Of a stretch of 32,022 bases of DNA, positions 1-7,906 are shown piece by piece (position 1 is the stretch's first letter; every line of letters begins with the position of its first letter). The stretch lies in assembly GCA_036781345.1 (NCBI GenBank), contig DAIQBC010000001.1:1121-33142 (forward strand), read 5' to 3'. Both the position numbers and the translations under genes were made by a program. The notes under the pieces are model-generated. The model saw nothing but the letters and a program-made list of their open reading frames with translations. It had not been told where the DNA came from and made no database searches. The DNA comes from Acidimicrobiales bacterium. Its GTDB lineage: Bacteria > Actinomycetota > Acidimicrobiia > Acidimicrobiales > VFJN01.

Positions 1-762
1 CCGCGCCGAGCGGAAGTCCACGCGGGCGACACTCCTGGTTCCCACGCCACCGTCGATGGGGTGGTTCTGGTCGGCGGTCCCGTGGATGTGCAACACGGAG
101 ACCGGCTGGTCCGGCTCGCAGATGTCGATCCCCAGACTGCCCGCCTGCACCCCAACGGCCACGACCAGGTCAGAGAGCTCACAGGCCAACCGGTAGGCCA
201 GGATCGCACCGTTGGAGTGTCCGGCGGCGTAGACCCGGTCGGCATCGATGGGGTGGTCCCGCTCGACCGCCTCGATGAGCATGCGGATGAACGTGACATC
301 GTCGACGTTCTGGGTGACCGCTGGTCCGCAGCAGTAGCCACCGTTCCACGTGCGCGACTGGTCGGCATTCGGTCCGATGCCGATGCCGTCTGGGTAGACG
401 ACGATGAAGTCGTTCGCCTCGGCGAGCCCGTCGAAGCCGGAGTTGGCTTCGAACTGCGCGCCCCATCCCGTCCCTCCGTGCAGGGCGATCAGCAACGGCA
501 CAGCGGAGCCCGGGCGAACCGAGGCAGGGACGTAGGTGCGGTAGGTGCGAGTCCGACCGTCGGGCGTGGTCAGCGAGCTGTCGCTCCGCTCGCCGACGGC
601 CGGCTCGGCCGGGCGCACGGTGCGAACCGGCGCGTCGGAGCGGTCGGTGGTGGTCGGCTCAGACTCGCTCGTCGACTGCACCGGCGAGCATCCAGAGACC
701 GGCAGGGCCATCGCGACGACCAGCGTTGACACCGTGATCGCACGCCACGATGTCCTGCTCAT
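1..762 (-). CDS. Lipoprotein esterase, PHB-depolymerase/LpqC-like alpha/beta hydrolase (C-terminus runs off the window)
   Basis: Absent from the ORF track because it is open at the window edge. My translation from ATG at 762-760 gives MSRTSWRAITVSTLVVAMALPVSGCSPVQ (signal peptide plus lipobox VSGC). It continues with LIALHGGTGWGAQFEANSGFDGLAEANDFIVVYPDG and the nucleophile elbow AAGHSNGA (GxSxG). Frame stays open to position 1. ATGA overlap with the P450 stop (759-762). Confidence 0.7.
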   Translation of the reverse strand, partial: MSRTSWRAITVSTLVVAMALPVSGCSPVQSTSESEPTTTDRSDAPVRTVRPAEPAVGERSDSSLTTPDGRTRTYRTYVPASVRPGSAVPLLIALHGGTGWGAQFEANSGFDGLAEANDFIVVYPDGIGIGPNADQSRTWNGGYCCGPAVTQNVDDVTFIRMLIEAVERDHPIDADRVYAAGHSNGAILAYRLACELSDLVVAVGVQAGSLGIDICEPDQPVSVLHIHGTADQNHPIDGGVGTRSVARVDFRSAR

Positions 763-2066
763 CGTCGGGGCGGCCCCGGCGTCCATTGGGCCGGCAGGTG
801 CTTGATGCCGTTGATGAAGCTCGACTGCAACCGGGCGGGCTCGCCGACGGCGTGGATGTCGGGGATCCGCTCGAAGAGCTCCTTGAACATGACCGTGATC
901 TCGCGGCGGGCCAGGTGAGCACCGAGGCAGAAGTGGGGACCGGGGCCGCCGAAGCCGACGTGGTCGTTCGGCGTGCGCCCCACGTCGAACCGGAAGGGAT
1001 CCTCGAACACGGCGGCGTCACGGTTGGCGGACGCGTACCAGAGCACCACCTTGTCGCCCTCGCTGAAGGTGTGCTCGCCCAACCGGGCCCCGTCCACGGT
1101 GCAGGTGCGGCGGAAGTGGATCACCGGGGTGGCCCACCGCACGATCTCCTCCACTGCCGTGGGGGCCAGGCCATCGACGTCGGCGGCCCAACGAGCCCGC
1201 TGCTCGGGATGCTGAGTGAGCGCGAGCAGCCCATGGGCGATTGCGTTGCGGGTGGTCTCGTTGCCGGCCACGACGAGCAAGATGAAGAAGGAGGCCATCT
1301 CGGCGGGGGTGAGCTTCTCGCCGTCGACCTCGGTGGTGACGAGGGCCGTGGTGACGTCGTCCCTGGGATCCCGCACCCGGTCCTCGGCCAGCTCGGTGAT
1401 CAACAGGCTGAGGTCCTGGGCGGCCGTGAGCAGGGCGGCGGTGATCCCCGCCTCGGTCTGATCGGGCACGTACTCCGCGTCGCCGAGGCCGAGGATGACG
1501 TTGGTGCGGTCGAAGATGAACCGCTCCTGGCTGCGCGGGATGCCCATGAGGTCGACGATGATCCGCAGCGGCAGGGTGGCCGCGATGTCCGTCACGAAGT
1601 CGCCCTCACCGCGCTCGATGACATCGTCGACGATGCCGGCCGCAGTGGCCTCGACATCACCCTTCATCTGGTCGAGCTGCCGAGGCGTGAAGCCGCGCGA
1701 CACGATCCGGCGCATCCGCGCGTGCTTCGGGTCGTCCATGTTGATCATCGACCCGAGGAACTCGAGGAACTCGGTGGGCATGTCGCCGATGCTGGTGCCC
1801 TGTCCGGAGCAGAACAGTCCAGGCTGGCGGCTGGCCTCCACGACATCGGCGTGCCGGGTGATGGCGTAGTAGCCCGGACCCCGCGGGTACGTCATCAGCT
1901 CCGGCTCCTCGAAGAAGCGAACGGGGTCTTCGTCCCGCAGGGTGAGGAAGGCGCCCTCGCGCTCCTCCGGCCGCCGGCCCCAGAACTCCCCGTCAGAAAG
2001 GTCGATCTCGTCGAGGGTGAGGCTCTGCATCGGCTCCATGACGCCGAACCTAGACCGACCGGTCAC
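759..2066 (-). CDS. Cytochrome P450 monooxygenase
   Basis: 435-aa ORF with heme-thiolate loop FGGPGPHFCLGAHLAR (FxxGxxxCxG), I-helix AGNETTR and an ExxR-type region. High GC3. Confidence 0.9.
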   Translation of the reverse strand: MTGRSRFGVMEPMQSLTLDEIDLSDGEFWGRRPEEREGAFLTLRDEDPVRFFEEPELMTYPRGPGYYAITRHADVVEASRQPGLFCSGQGTSIGDMPTEFLEFLGSMINMDDPKHARMRRIVSRGFTPRQLDQMKGDVEATAAGIVDDVIERGEGDFVTDIAATLPLRIIVDLMGIPRSQERFIFDRTNVILGLGDAEYVPDQTEAGITAALLTAAQDLSLLITELAEDRVRDPRDDVTTALVTTEVDGEKLTPAEMASFFILLVVAGNETTRNAIAHGLLALTQHPEQRARWAADVDGLAPTAVEEIVRWATPVIHFRRTCTVDGARLGEHTFSEGDKVVLWYASANRDAAVFEDPFRFDVGRTPNDHVGFGGPGPHFCLGAHLARREITVMFKELFERIPDIHAVGEPARLQSSFINGIKHLPAQWTPGPPRR

Positions 2067-2081
2067 GTGCGGGGAGTCCGA

Positions 2082-3053
2082 TCAGGACCCGCCCTGGAAG
2101 ACCGCCGCCTTGATGCCGTCGCCGGCCAGCGCCACCAGGAACGGGATCGGATCGGCGAGAGCGCCGAGCCCGGCGGCTCCGACGGGCACCCGTCCGGCCA
2201 GCGCCCAACGCAGGGCTAGGGCCGCCGTAGCCCCAGCCGCCACCGCCGGCCGGTCGAGCGCACCGAGCACCAACGTGTCGCTCTGCCCGTTGCGCTGGCC
2301 GCGCACCTCCACGCGGACCGCCCCCACCAGCCCTTCGGGATGAGGTTTGCGCAGCATTGGCAGGTGGGCCGAGAAGCGGTCACGCCGGTTGGCGGCCAAG
2401 CGGGCGGTGACCCGCTCGATCCCGGGGAACACCGGCACGAGCAGGAGCGCGTCGGGCAGCTCGGCGCGGTAGCAGTCCTGCCCGCCAACAGGGTCAGGGA
2501 ACCAGCACAGCTCGCGACCGGACCCCGCCGGCCGGCGCTGCCAGCCACCGTCGCGCCAGTCGAGCGCCTGGCCGGTGAGGGCGGCGTGGTGCTGGCGGGC
2601 GCAGGCCGGACCGCCGGTGCCGCTCCGCGCCACGTGCACCTCCGTGACGTCATCGAACGACCGTGCCGCGTGGCGGGCCAGGAGGCAGCTGTAGCCGGGG
2701 GAGAAGGCCGCACCGACCACCACCGGCAGCTCGCGGATGCGGGCTTCCGCGTCGAGGTCGAGCAGCGCGGTCACGTCGTCGATCGAGTCGCTGGTGGACA
2801 CCACCGGCCGACCAGCGGCGAGGTGGTGCCCGGCCAGGTCGGCGTGGGTCCCGGGCGGTCCGGCCAGCAGCACGGCGTCGGCGACGTCACGGTCCGCTCC
2901 GGCGATGGCCTTGTCCCCCGATGCCTCCACCACGGCGGCCTGACGGACCGGATCGACGTCGACCACCACCACCTGGTCCACGTCATCGCTCTCCACGAGC
3001 TGGCGCACGGCCCGGGCCCCGACAGCGCCCACACCCACGACGAGGACGCGCAC
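2082..3053 (-). CDS. Saccharopine dehydrogenase-like NAD(P)-binding protein
   Basis: C-terminal 323 codons of the 682-aa track ORF. GTG at 3053-3051 gives the N-terminus (M)RVLVVGVGAVGARAVRQL, a Rossmann GxGxxG. The upstream part of the track ORF overlaps the opposite-strand secreted-protein gene and looks like a high-GC shadow. Confidence 0.7.
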   Translation of the reverse strand: MRVLVVGVGAVGARAVRQLVESDDVDQVVVVDVDPVRQAAVVEASGDKAIAGADRDVADAVLLAGPPGTHADLAGHHLAAGRPVVSTSDSIDDVTALLDLDAEARIRELPVVVGAAFSPGYSCLLARHAARSFDDVTEVHVARSGTGGPACARQHHAALTGQALDWRDGGWQRRPAGSGRELCWFPDPVGGQDCYRAELPDALLLVPVFPGIERVTARLAANRRDRFSAHLPMLRKPHPEGLVGAVRVEVRGQRNGQSDTLVLGALDRPAVAAGATAALALRWALAGRVPVGAAGLGALADPIPFLVALAGDGIKAAVFQGGS

Positions 3054-3190
3054 TACTCGAGATCGGGGCCGGAGAGCTCGCGCCAGCCCCCTTGCTGTGG
3101 CGGGGTGCCGCCAGAGCCACGGAGCCGGAGCACCGCCGCGATGATCCCCGCCAGCCCGAGGGCGATGAGAGCACGGCGCAACAGGGCCAT
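3053..3190 (-). CDS. Small (45 aa) single-pass membrane peptide, hypothetical
   Basis: Below the track size cutoff. My translation is MALLRRALIALGLAGIIAAVLRLRGSGGTPPQQGGWRELSGPDLE. GGAG lies about 10 nt upstream of the ATG. Its TAG stop shares one nucleotide with the GTG start of the downstream dehydrogenase-like gene (TAGTG). Confidence 0.35.
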   Translation of the reverse strand: MALLRRALIALGLAGIIAAVLRLRGSGGTPPQQGGWRELSGPDLE

Positions 3191-3416
3191 CAGGGCATCT
3201 CCGGGGATCGGGTCGGATACGAACCCCCATCCTTAGCAGGCCCGGCTCCCGCGGTCGCCCCGACCCGGCCAGGGATGCGCCCGGATCACGAGGAGAGCCC
3301 CGCACAAACGTCCGCCTCACCGATCCTACTCTACGTGGACATCTGCTCACTCTATGTGGCAGTCTGAGGCGGCTCCACGGAGGCTGGTGGCCGGCGGCAC
3401 TCGAAAGGACCTTCTC

Positions 3417-4439
3417 ATGGGCACACAACGTTCTCGTCGACTCCGAAGTGCGGCCTGCGGAGCGCTCATCCTCCTCCCCCTCCTCCCCGGCCCGGCAACC
3501 GCGCCGGCCGGGGCGGACCCTGGCGCGTGCGTCGCCCGCACGTTCATCGCGGGGGTCGACCTCGGTTGCCTGACCGACAACCTCTTCGTGTTCACCGACG
3601 GGAGCAAGGACGCCAATTGGCAGAGCTCGTCGAAGGGCTATGCCGGCAACGTTGCCATCGACGGGTTCTCTGCGCGCGAGCGGACCTCGGGCACCTTTGC
3701 CTATGCCGGCACGATCACCACGAACGACAGCGACCTCGGGGCGTGGGAGAAGATCGTCGGCGCCAACTCCGGGCAGGCGACCTCCGCAGCCGATGACACG
3801 GTGGGCATCGACGACCTGTCGACGACCCTCGGAGCTGCGATCGCAGAGATCGGCGCTCGCACGGCCACCCCCGGATACGAAGCTCGATCCGCCCAGTCCC
3901 TCGATGGGCTGGACACTCGGAACGGGTTCACGGACCAGGTGGTGATCAACGTGACGAGCGGCCTCAAGGTGTCGACCCGGATCACCGTCTTCGGCGATGC
4001 CGCCGACATCTACCTGCTCCGCTGGGACACCGACGGTGACGCCCGCAACGGCCTCCAGGGACAGGTCAAGTTCCAGAGCGGAGGGGCCATCGTCCCCGCT
4101 GGGGAGCTCACTCCCGCCAACTTCCTGCACATCGCGGGGGACATGACCGCCTCCGGTGGCGGCTCGACGCCCCCGTCGCCCTACCCGCAGGGCCCCCGGC
4201 TCGGTAGCGGGACGGGCCCGCTGATCACCGGCGGCTCGGACTTCAACGGCGGCGGGTTCTTCACGGGCTACTGGCTCACAACTGGGTCGCCCCAGACGGG
4301 GAAGACCTCATCGATGAGCAACGCCGTGTTCGTCGGTGGGTGGTACTCGCTCACCAACGAGTTCAGCATGACCAGCGGCACGAGCGGCGTGCACGTCGCC
4401 CCGCCGGCCGGAGGCGGCGGGGGCGGCGGCGGCACCTGA
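3417..4439 (+). CDS. Secreted hypothetical protein with C-terminal poly-Gly tail
   Basis: Internal ATG at 3417 is preceded by AAAGGA. N-terminus MGTQRSRRLRSAACGALILLPLLPGPATAPAGA looks like a signal peptide (RR-containing). The mature part is Gly/Thr/Ser-rich and beta-rich, and it ends APPAGGGGGGGGT. I recognised no family motif securely. Confidence 0.6.
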   Translation: MGTQRSRRLRSAACGALILLPLLPGPATAPAGADPGACVARTFIAGVDLGCLTDNLFVFTDGSKDANWQSSSKGYAGNVAIDGFSARERTSGTFAYAGTITTNDSDLGAWEKIVGANSGQATSAADDTVGIDDLSTTLGAAIAEIGARTATPGYEARSAQSLDGLDTRNGFTDQVVINVTSGLKVSTRITVFGDAADIYLLRWDTDGDARNGLQGQVKFQSGGAIVPAGELTPANFLHIAGDMTASGGGSTPPSPYPQGPRLGSGTGPLITGGSDFNGGGFFTGYWLTTGSPQTGKTSSMSNAVFVGGWYSLTNEFSMTSGTSGVHVAPPAGGGGGGGGT

Positions 4440-4495
4440 TGTCTCTGTAGCGACACGCCCGGATCGTCGACAGGTTCTCGAAGAGCCGGCAGGAG

Positions 4496-4652
4496 TGGTG
4501 GGGTTGGGAGGAATCGAATCCTCCGGCCTCCCCCTCATCGGGGGATCGCCGGGTGCGCCACTGACCGCCAAGCCCGCTGGGGTCTTGTGCTCACGACTGA
4601 CCGCCAAGAACATCCATTGTCCACTCTCCCGCGGCCTGGCCGCGGCCTGAGC
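4496..4652 (-). repeat. Degenerate copy of the island distal junction: tRNA-Ile-like 3-prime fragment, TGACCGCC arm repeats and 20-bp palindromic box
   Basis: By-eye alignment to 22778-22952 gives roughly 70% identity. It includes a T-arm-like ggaggattcgattcctcc, an acceptor/CCA-like caaccccacca (minus strand) and two ctgaccgccaag 12-mers (4561-4572, 4597-4608). The stretch ctcccgcggcctggccgcggcctg is identical in both regions. Confidence 0.6.
4630..4649. repeat. 20-bp box cgcggcctggccgcggcctg, copy 1 of 3
   Basis: Exact 20-mer also found at 22930-22949 and 31866-31885. It contains the near-perfect palindrome cgcggcc-t-ggccgcg. Confidence 0.85.
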
Positions 4653-4941
4653 GACCCGTGCGCCACCGCATCGCGGACGTCACAACCCCTACGAGGCCCT
4701 CGCTGAGGACGCCTCGGGCGGGACTGCACTGCTGCCCGCAACGGACATGACGATCGCCGGGATCGTCAGGCGTAGAGCTGGAATCCCATCTCGGCCTTCG
4801 TGAGGCCCAGCTCCTCGCGCCGCCCATCGAGGGCTGGCACCTTGTTCGTCGAGCTGATCGATCCGGCGGCATCTCCTCCGCCGTCGGCGAGCTGCCATTC
4901 GGTCCAGAAGACCGCGACGTCACGCGCGCCGCGGCTGGCCC

Positions 4942-5484
4942 TCACTGAGCGGCGAGCCACTGGTCCCGCACCTCCGGCACCAGGGGGTCGAAGTCGGCCC
5001 GGATGGAACGGGAGAGATCACGCAGGTCGGCCCACAGGTCGTAGATCGACGGGCGACCCCAGAACCAGTACCCGCAGTAGATCTTGTGGACCACGAGCCC
5101 CGGGGCGAGCACGAGGGTGTAGGGGACGTTCGCCGGATGGTGGGTGTCGGTGTACTCCCGGATGTCGAGGTCGGCCTGGACCACGAGCTGCTCGTCGGCG
5201 AGGAAGGTCCAGCTGGCCCCGGTCGAGATCTTGAGCTTGTACGTCTCGTGCTGGTCGTTGGGCAGCAGCGAGACCAGGGACGTGAATCCCACGGCGCACC
5301 ACTCGTGGAGCTTGAGCAGCTCCCGGTGCATCTGGCGCTCGCGGGGACAGTGCTCGCCACGGCTGAGGTGCAGCACCATCAGGCCGTCGTCGCCCTGCAA
5401 GTCGGACAGCCGGTGGCGCACGCCGGCCTCATCGGGGAGCTCGTAGTCGGGGAAGGTGGCGCCGGGGATGATGTCGGCTCGCAT
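4942..5484 (-). CDS. Redoxin/AhpC-TSA-like thioredoxin-fold protein
   Basis: 180-aa ORF with GAGAGGA upstream of the ATG. Thioredoxin-fold-like N-terminus (LSDLQGDDGLMVLHLSRGEHCPRERQ) with a single candidate active-site Cys. Last gene of the minus-strand lactonase operon. Confidence 0.65.
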   Translation of the reverse strand: MRADIIPGATFPDYELPDEAGVRHRLSDLQGDDGLMVLHLSRGEHCPRERQMHRELLKLHEWCAVGFTSLVSLLPNDQHETYKLKISTGASWTFLADEQLVVQADLDIREYTDTHHPANVPYTLVLAPGLVVHKIYCGYWFWGRPSIYDLWADLRDLSRSIRADFDPLVPEVRDQWLAAQ

Positions 5485-5502
5485 CGAAAGGGTCCTCTCG
5501 TA

Positions 5503-7068
5503 TCAGGGAAGGGCACCGCCTGCGGGCAGCCGCAGCCGGTACACGCTGGTCATGGCACAGATGTAGAGGGTGTTGCCGTCGTCGCCCCACGCCAGGTTGT
5601 GGGGGGCCTCGGGGAGCACGAGGCGGCCGAGGATGGATCCCTCCGGGGTGATCACCCAGATGCCGCCGGGCCCACACGTGTAGAGGTGGCCGGCCCGATC
5701 CACCTTGATGCCGTCGATTGCGTCGTCACCGTCCTCGCCGGTGAGGTCGCACAGCACGATGGCGTTGGCGGTGGACCCGTCGTCGGCGACGTCGTAGCGC
5801 ATGACCACCTTGTGGCTGGGATCCCAGTCGCCGACGTAGAGGTAGCGCTCGTCGGGCGACAGGGCGATGCCGTTGGGTCCGGCCAGCTCGTCTGTGACGA
5901 GCTCGATCCGGCCCTCGCGCGCCCGGAAGACCCCGGAGAACGGGAGCTCTCGCTTCGGGTCGTCCGCTCCGGCCGGCAGCCCGAACGGCGGGTCGGTGAA
6001 GTAGAGCGTCCCGTCGGACCGGAAGACGAGGTCGTTTGGGCTGTTGAGCCGCTTGCCGTCGTAGTGATCAGCCAGCACCGTCGTGTCGCCGTGTGGGTTC
6101 ACTCGGATCACGCGGCGGTTGCCGTGCTGGCAGATGGCCAGCCTGCCGGCAGGGTCGAGGGTCAGGCCGTTGGAGCCCGGTTGGTGGTAGCGGCCGATGT
6201 CGGCGCCGGCGTACCCGCTCTTGGCCCGGAAGACGGTGACGACCCCGTTCGGGGTCCACCGGTAGATCGTGTTCACGTCAGGTGAGCTGAAGAGCAGGGC
6301 GCCGTCCTGCCACACCGGCCCCTCCGTGAACTCGAACCCGGTGGCGATCCGCTCCAGCTCGGTGCCGGCGGGGACGACGGCATCGAGACGGGCGTCCCGG
6401 CGCTCGACCGCCAGGGGTGCTCGCTCACCGACTCCGGCCCGCTCGGCGAGGTACACGTCGAGGGTGGCCGTCCGGACCCAGATGTAGTTGTGCGGATCTG
6501 ACGACAGCGGCCCGTTGATGCCAAACACCGCTATCGAGAAGGAGTCTCCGGGCCGGGCGTCTCGCGTGAGCACCACCCGGTTCGGGGCGTTGAAGCCGGC
6601 CACCACCGGACCCCCGGAGTCGCCGAGCACGAACGGCAGCTCGCCGTCCACCCACACCTCGGCGTAGTCGTCGACGACGATCTCGAACACGACGGTGGCG
6701 CCAGTCGGGTCGAGGTCGCCGATGCGTTCGGGGATCGTGACCGTGGTCCGATACCAGTTGAACGACACCCGGCCGGAGCCGAGGCGGCGCTCGAGCTCGG
6801 TCGGCGCGAGCTCCGCCCAGTCGGAGTCGTCGAAGCCGGGCCCACCCGCTCGGGGAAGGATGCCGAAGGTGCGAGTGGGCACCGTGCCCGGGCCGAGGTC
6901 GTCGCCGACGCCCACGAAGTCCACGTCGACGACCGTGGCGTCCGCGTAGCGCCACTGCGCCCCAACCAGGGCCGCGCCCTCGGCGGTTCGGAGGTCGACG
7001 ACGGCATCGGGACGGCCGGGCAGGAGCTCGGGCGGGCCGGGGACCCGGTGGGCGGTGGCGGAGCTCAC
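5503..7068 (-). CDS. SMP-30/gluconolactonase/LRE-like beta-propeller fused to an N-terminal beta-sandwich (galactose-binding-like) domain
   Basis: C-terminal half has propeller signatures FTEGPVWQDGALLFSS, NSPNDLVFRSDGTLYFTDP and GPNGIALSPDERYLYVGD. I chose GTG at 7068-7066 as start, 1 nt after the upstream stop (7070-7072). The track start at 7104 would overlap the upstream gene. Confidence 0.75.
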   Translation of the reverse strand: MSSATAHRVPGPPELLPGRPDAVVDLRTAEGAALVGAQWRYADATVVDVDFVGVGDDLGPGTVPTRTFGILPRAGGPGFDDSDWAELAPTELERRLGSGRVSFNWYRTTVTIPERIGDLDPTGATVVFEIVVDDYAEVWVDGELPFVLGDSGGPVVAGFNAPNRVVLTRDARPGDSFSIAVFGINGPLSSDPHNYIWVRTATLDVYLAERAGVGERAPLAVERRDARLDAVVPAGTELERIATGFEFTEGPVWQDGALLFSSPDVNTIYRWTPNGVVTVFRAKSGYAGADIGRYHQPGSNGLTLDPAGRLAICQHGNRRVIRVNPHGDTTVLADHYDGKRLNSPNDLVFRSDGTLYFTDPPFGLPAGADDPKRELPFSGVFRAREGRIELVTDELAGPNGIALSPDERYLYVGDWDPSHKVVMRYDVADDGSTANAIVLCDLTGEDGDDAIDGIKVDRAGHLYTCGPGGIWVITPEGSILGRLVLPEAPHNLAWGDDGNTLYICAMTSVYRLRLPAGGALP

Positions 7069-7069
7069 C

Positions 7070-7906
7070 TCACGCCGCCCCGGCGACGGCTGACGTGAAC
7101 GCACGTGCTCCGGTCACGGCGAGCTCCTGGTCCTCCGCGGCGGAGGAGGCGCCGCTGACGCCGATGGCCCCGACGACGGTGCCCTCGACGACGAGGGGGA
7201 TGCCGCCCTGAAGGGGCACGGCACCGGCCAGGTGCAGCGCCGACGGTCGGCCCCCGGCCGCCTGGTCTTCGAAGTCCTTGCTCGGGCGCCGGTAGATCGC
7301 GGCCGTCCGGGCCTTGTCGGTGGCCACGCCGACGCTGGCGACCTGTGCCGCATCAGGCCGGCGGACGTAGACGAGCTCGCCCCCGGCATCGACCACGGAG
7401 ACCACAGGGTGCACATCCCGGGTGTCGGCCTCCGCGCCCGCCGCCTCGGCGGCGAGGCGGGCCGCCTCGAAGGTGAGGCCCGGGACCTCCGTGGCCGGGA
7501 GGTCGACGGACGCACCGGCGATCGAGACACCCTCGTCGTCGTCGGGTGTCTCGCCGCTGGTGCCGATGGCGCCCACGACCTCGCCGGCCACGATCAGGGG
7601 GACCCCGCCGGTCAGAGCGGCGGCACCGTGCAGGGCCAGGGCACCGAGGCGACCGGCGCTCACCTGCGCTTCGATGTCCCGGCTCGGCCGCACGAAGATG
7701 GCGGCGGTTCGTGCCTTGTCGATCGCGACCTGGCTGCTGGCCACCTGTGCATCGGCGGTGCGCCGAACCTGCAGGAGGTGGCCGCCGGCGTCGACGATCG
7801 CGATGACGACTCGGTGGCCATGCTCGGCGGCGTGCTTCTCCGCCGCGGCCATCACCGCATCCACGGCACCAGGGTCGAGGACGCGGCGGGTACGGGTCAG
7901 GTTCAT
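7070..7906 (-). CDS. Tandem-duplicated GlcG/HbpS-like (DUF336) heme-binding protein
   Basis: Two internal repeats each carry VDAGGxLxxxRRxDxAQVASxxVAxDKARTAAIxxRPS and GGxPLxVxGxVVGAIGxSG. ATGA overlap with the upstream lactonase gene (7903-7906). Confidence 0.8.
   Translation of the reverse strand: MNLTRTRRVLDPGAVDAVMAAAEKHAAEHGHRVVIAIVDAGGHLLQVRRTADAQVASSQVAIDKARTAAIFVRPSRDIEAQVSAGRLGALALHGAAALTGGVPLIVAGEVVGAIGTSGETPDDDEGVSIAGASVDLPATEVPGLTFEAARLAAEAAGAEADTRDVHPVVSVVDAGGELVYVRRPDAAQVASVGVATDKARTAAIYRRPSKDFEDQAAGGRPSALHLAGAVPLQGGIPLVVEGTVVGAIGVSGASSAAEDQELAVTGARAFTSAVAGAA

Noticed and set aside
750-2219. 489-aa plus-strand ORF opposite the P450, with similar long shadow ORFs at 5086-6285, 7232-7996, 8116-8850, 8709-9572, 16237-17622, 17217-18962, 18959-20041, 20938-22125 and 27352-28521
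   Set aside because: Each is antisense or out of frame to a gene with strong family signatures. They have low-complexity R/G/P/A/D-rich translations, as expected by chance in stop-poor high-GC sequence.
3054-4130. N-terminal 359-aa extension of the 2082-4130 minus-strand ORF
   Set aside because: It overlaps the opposite-strand secreted-protein gene and its promoter region. The Rossmann GxGxxG sits right after an internal GTG at 3053, which is the natural N-terminus.
4496-4689. Reading the region as a tmRNA (ssrA) or an intron-containing tRNA
   Set aside because: It has a T-arm, CCA and a possible 7-bp acceptor closure. However, at 194 nt it is far shorter than actinobacterial tmRNAs. It lacks the conserved 5-prime GGGG..GGTTTCGAC-type start, any tag reading frame and a D-arm. 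Its interior is homologous to the island arm, so a decayed att junction explains it better.
4766-4960. 64-codon minus-strand ORF downstream of the redoxin gene (ends ...DGRREELGLTKAEMGFQLYA)
   Set aside because: GC3 is fairly high and the tail faintly resembles an HTH segment. However, the start overlaps the redoxin gene by 19 nt, there is no RBS and I recognised no family. It lies in the decayed junction region and may be a gene remnant.
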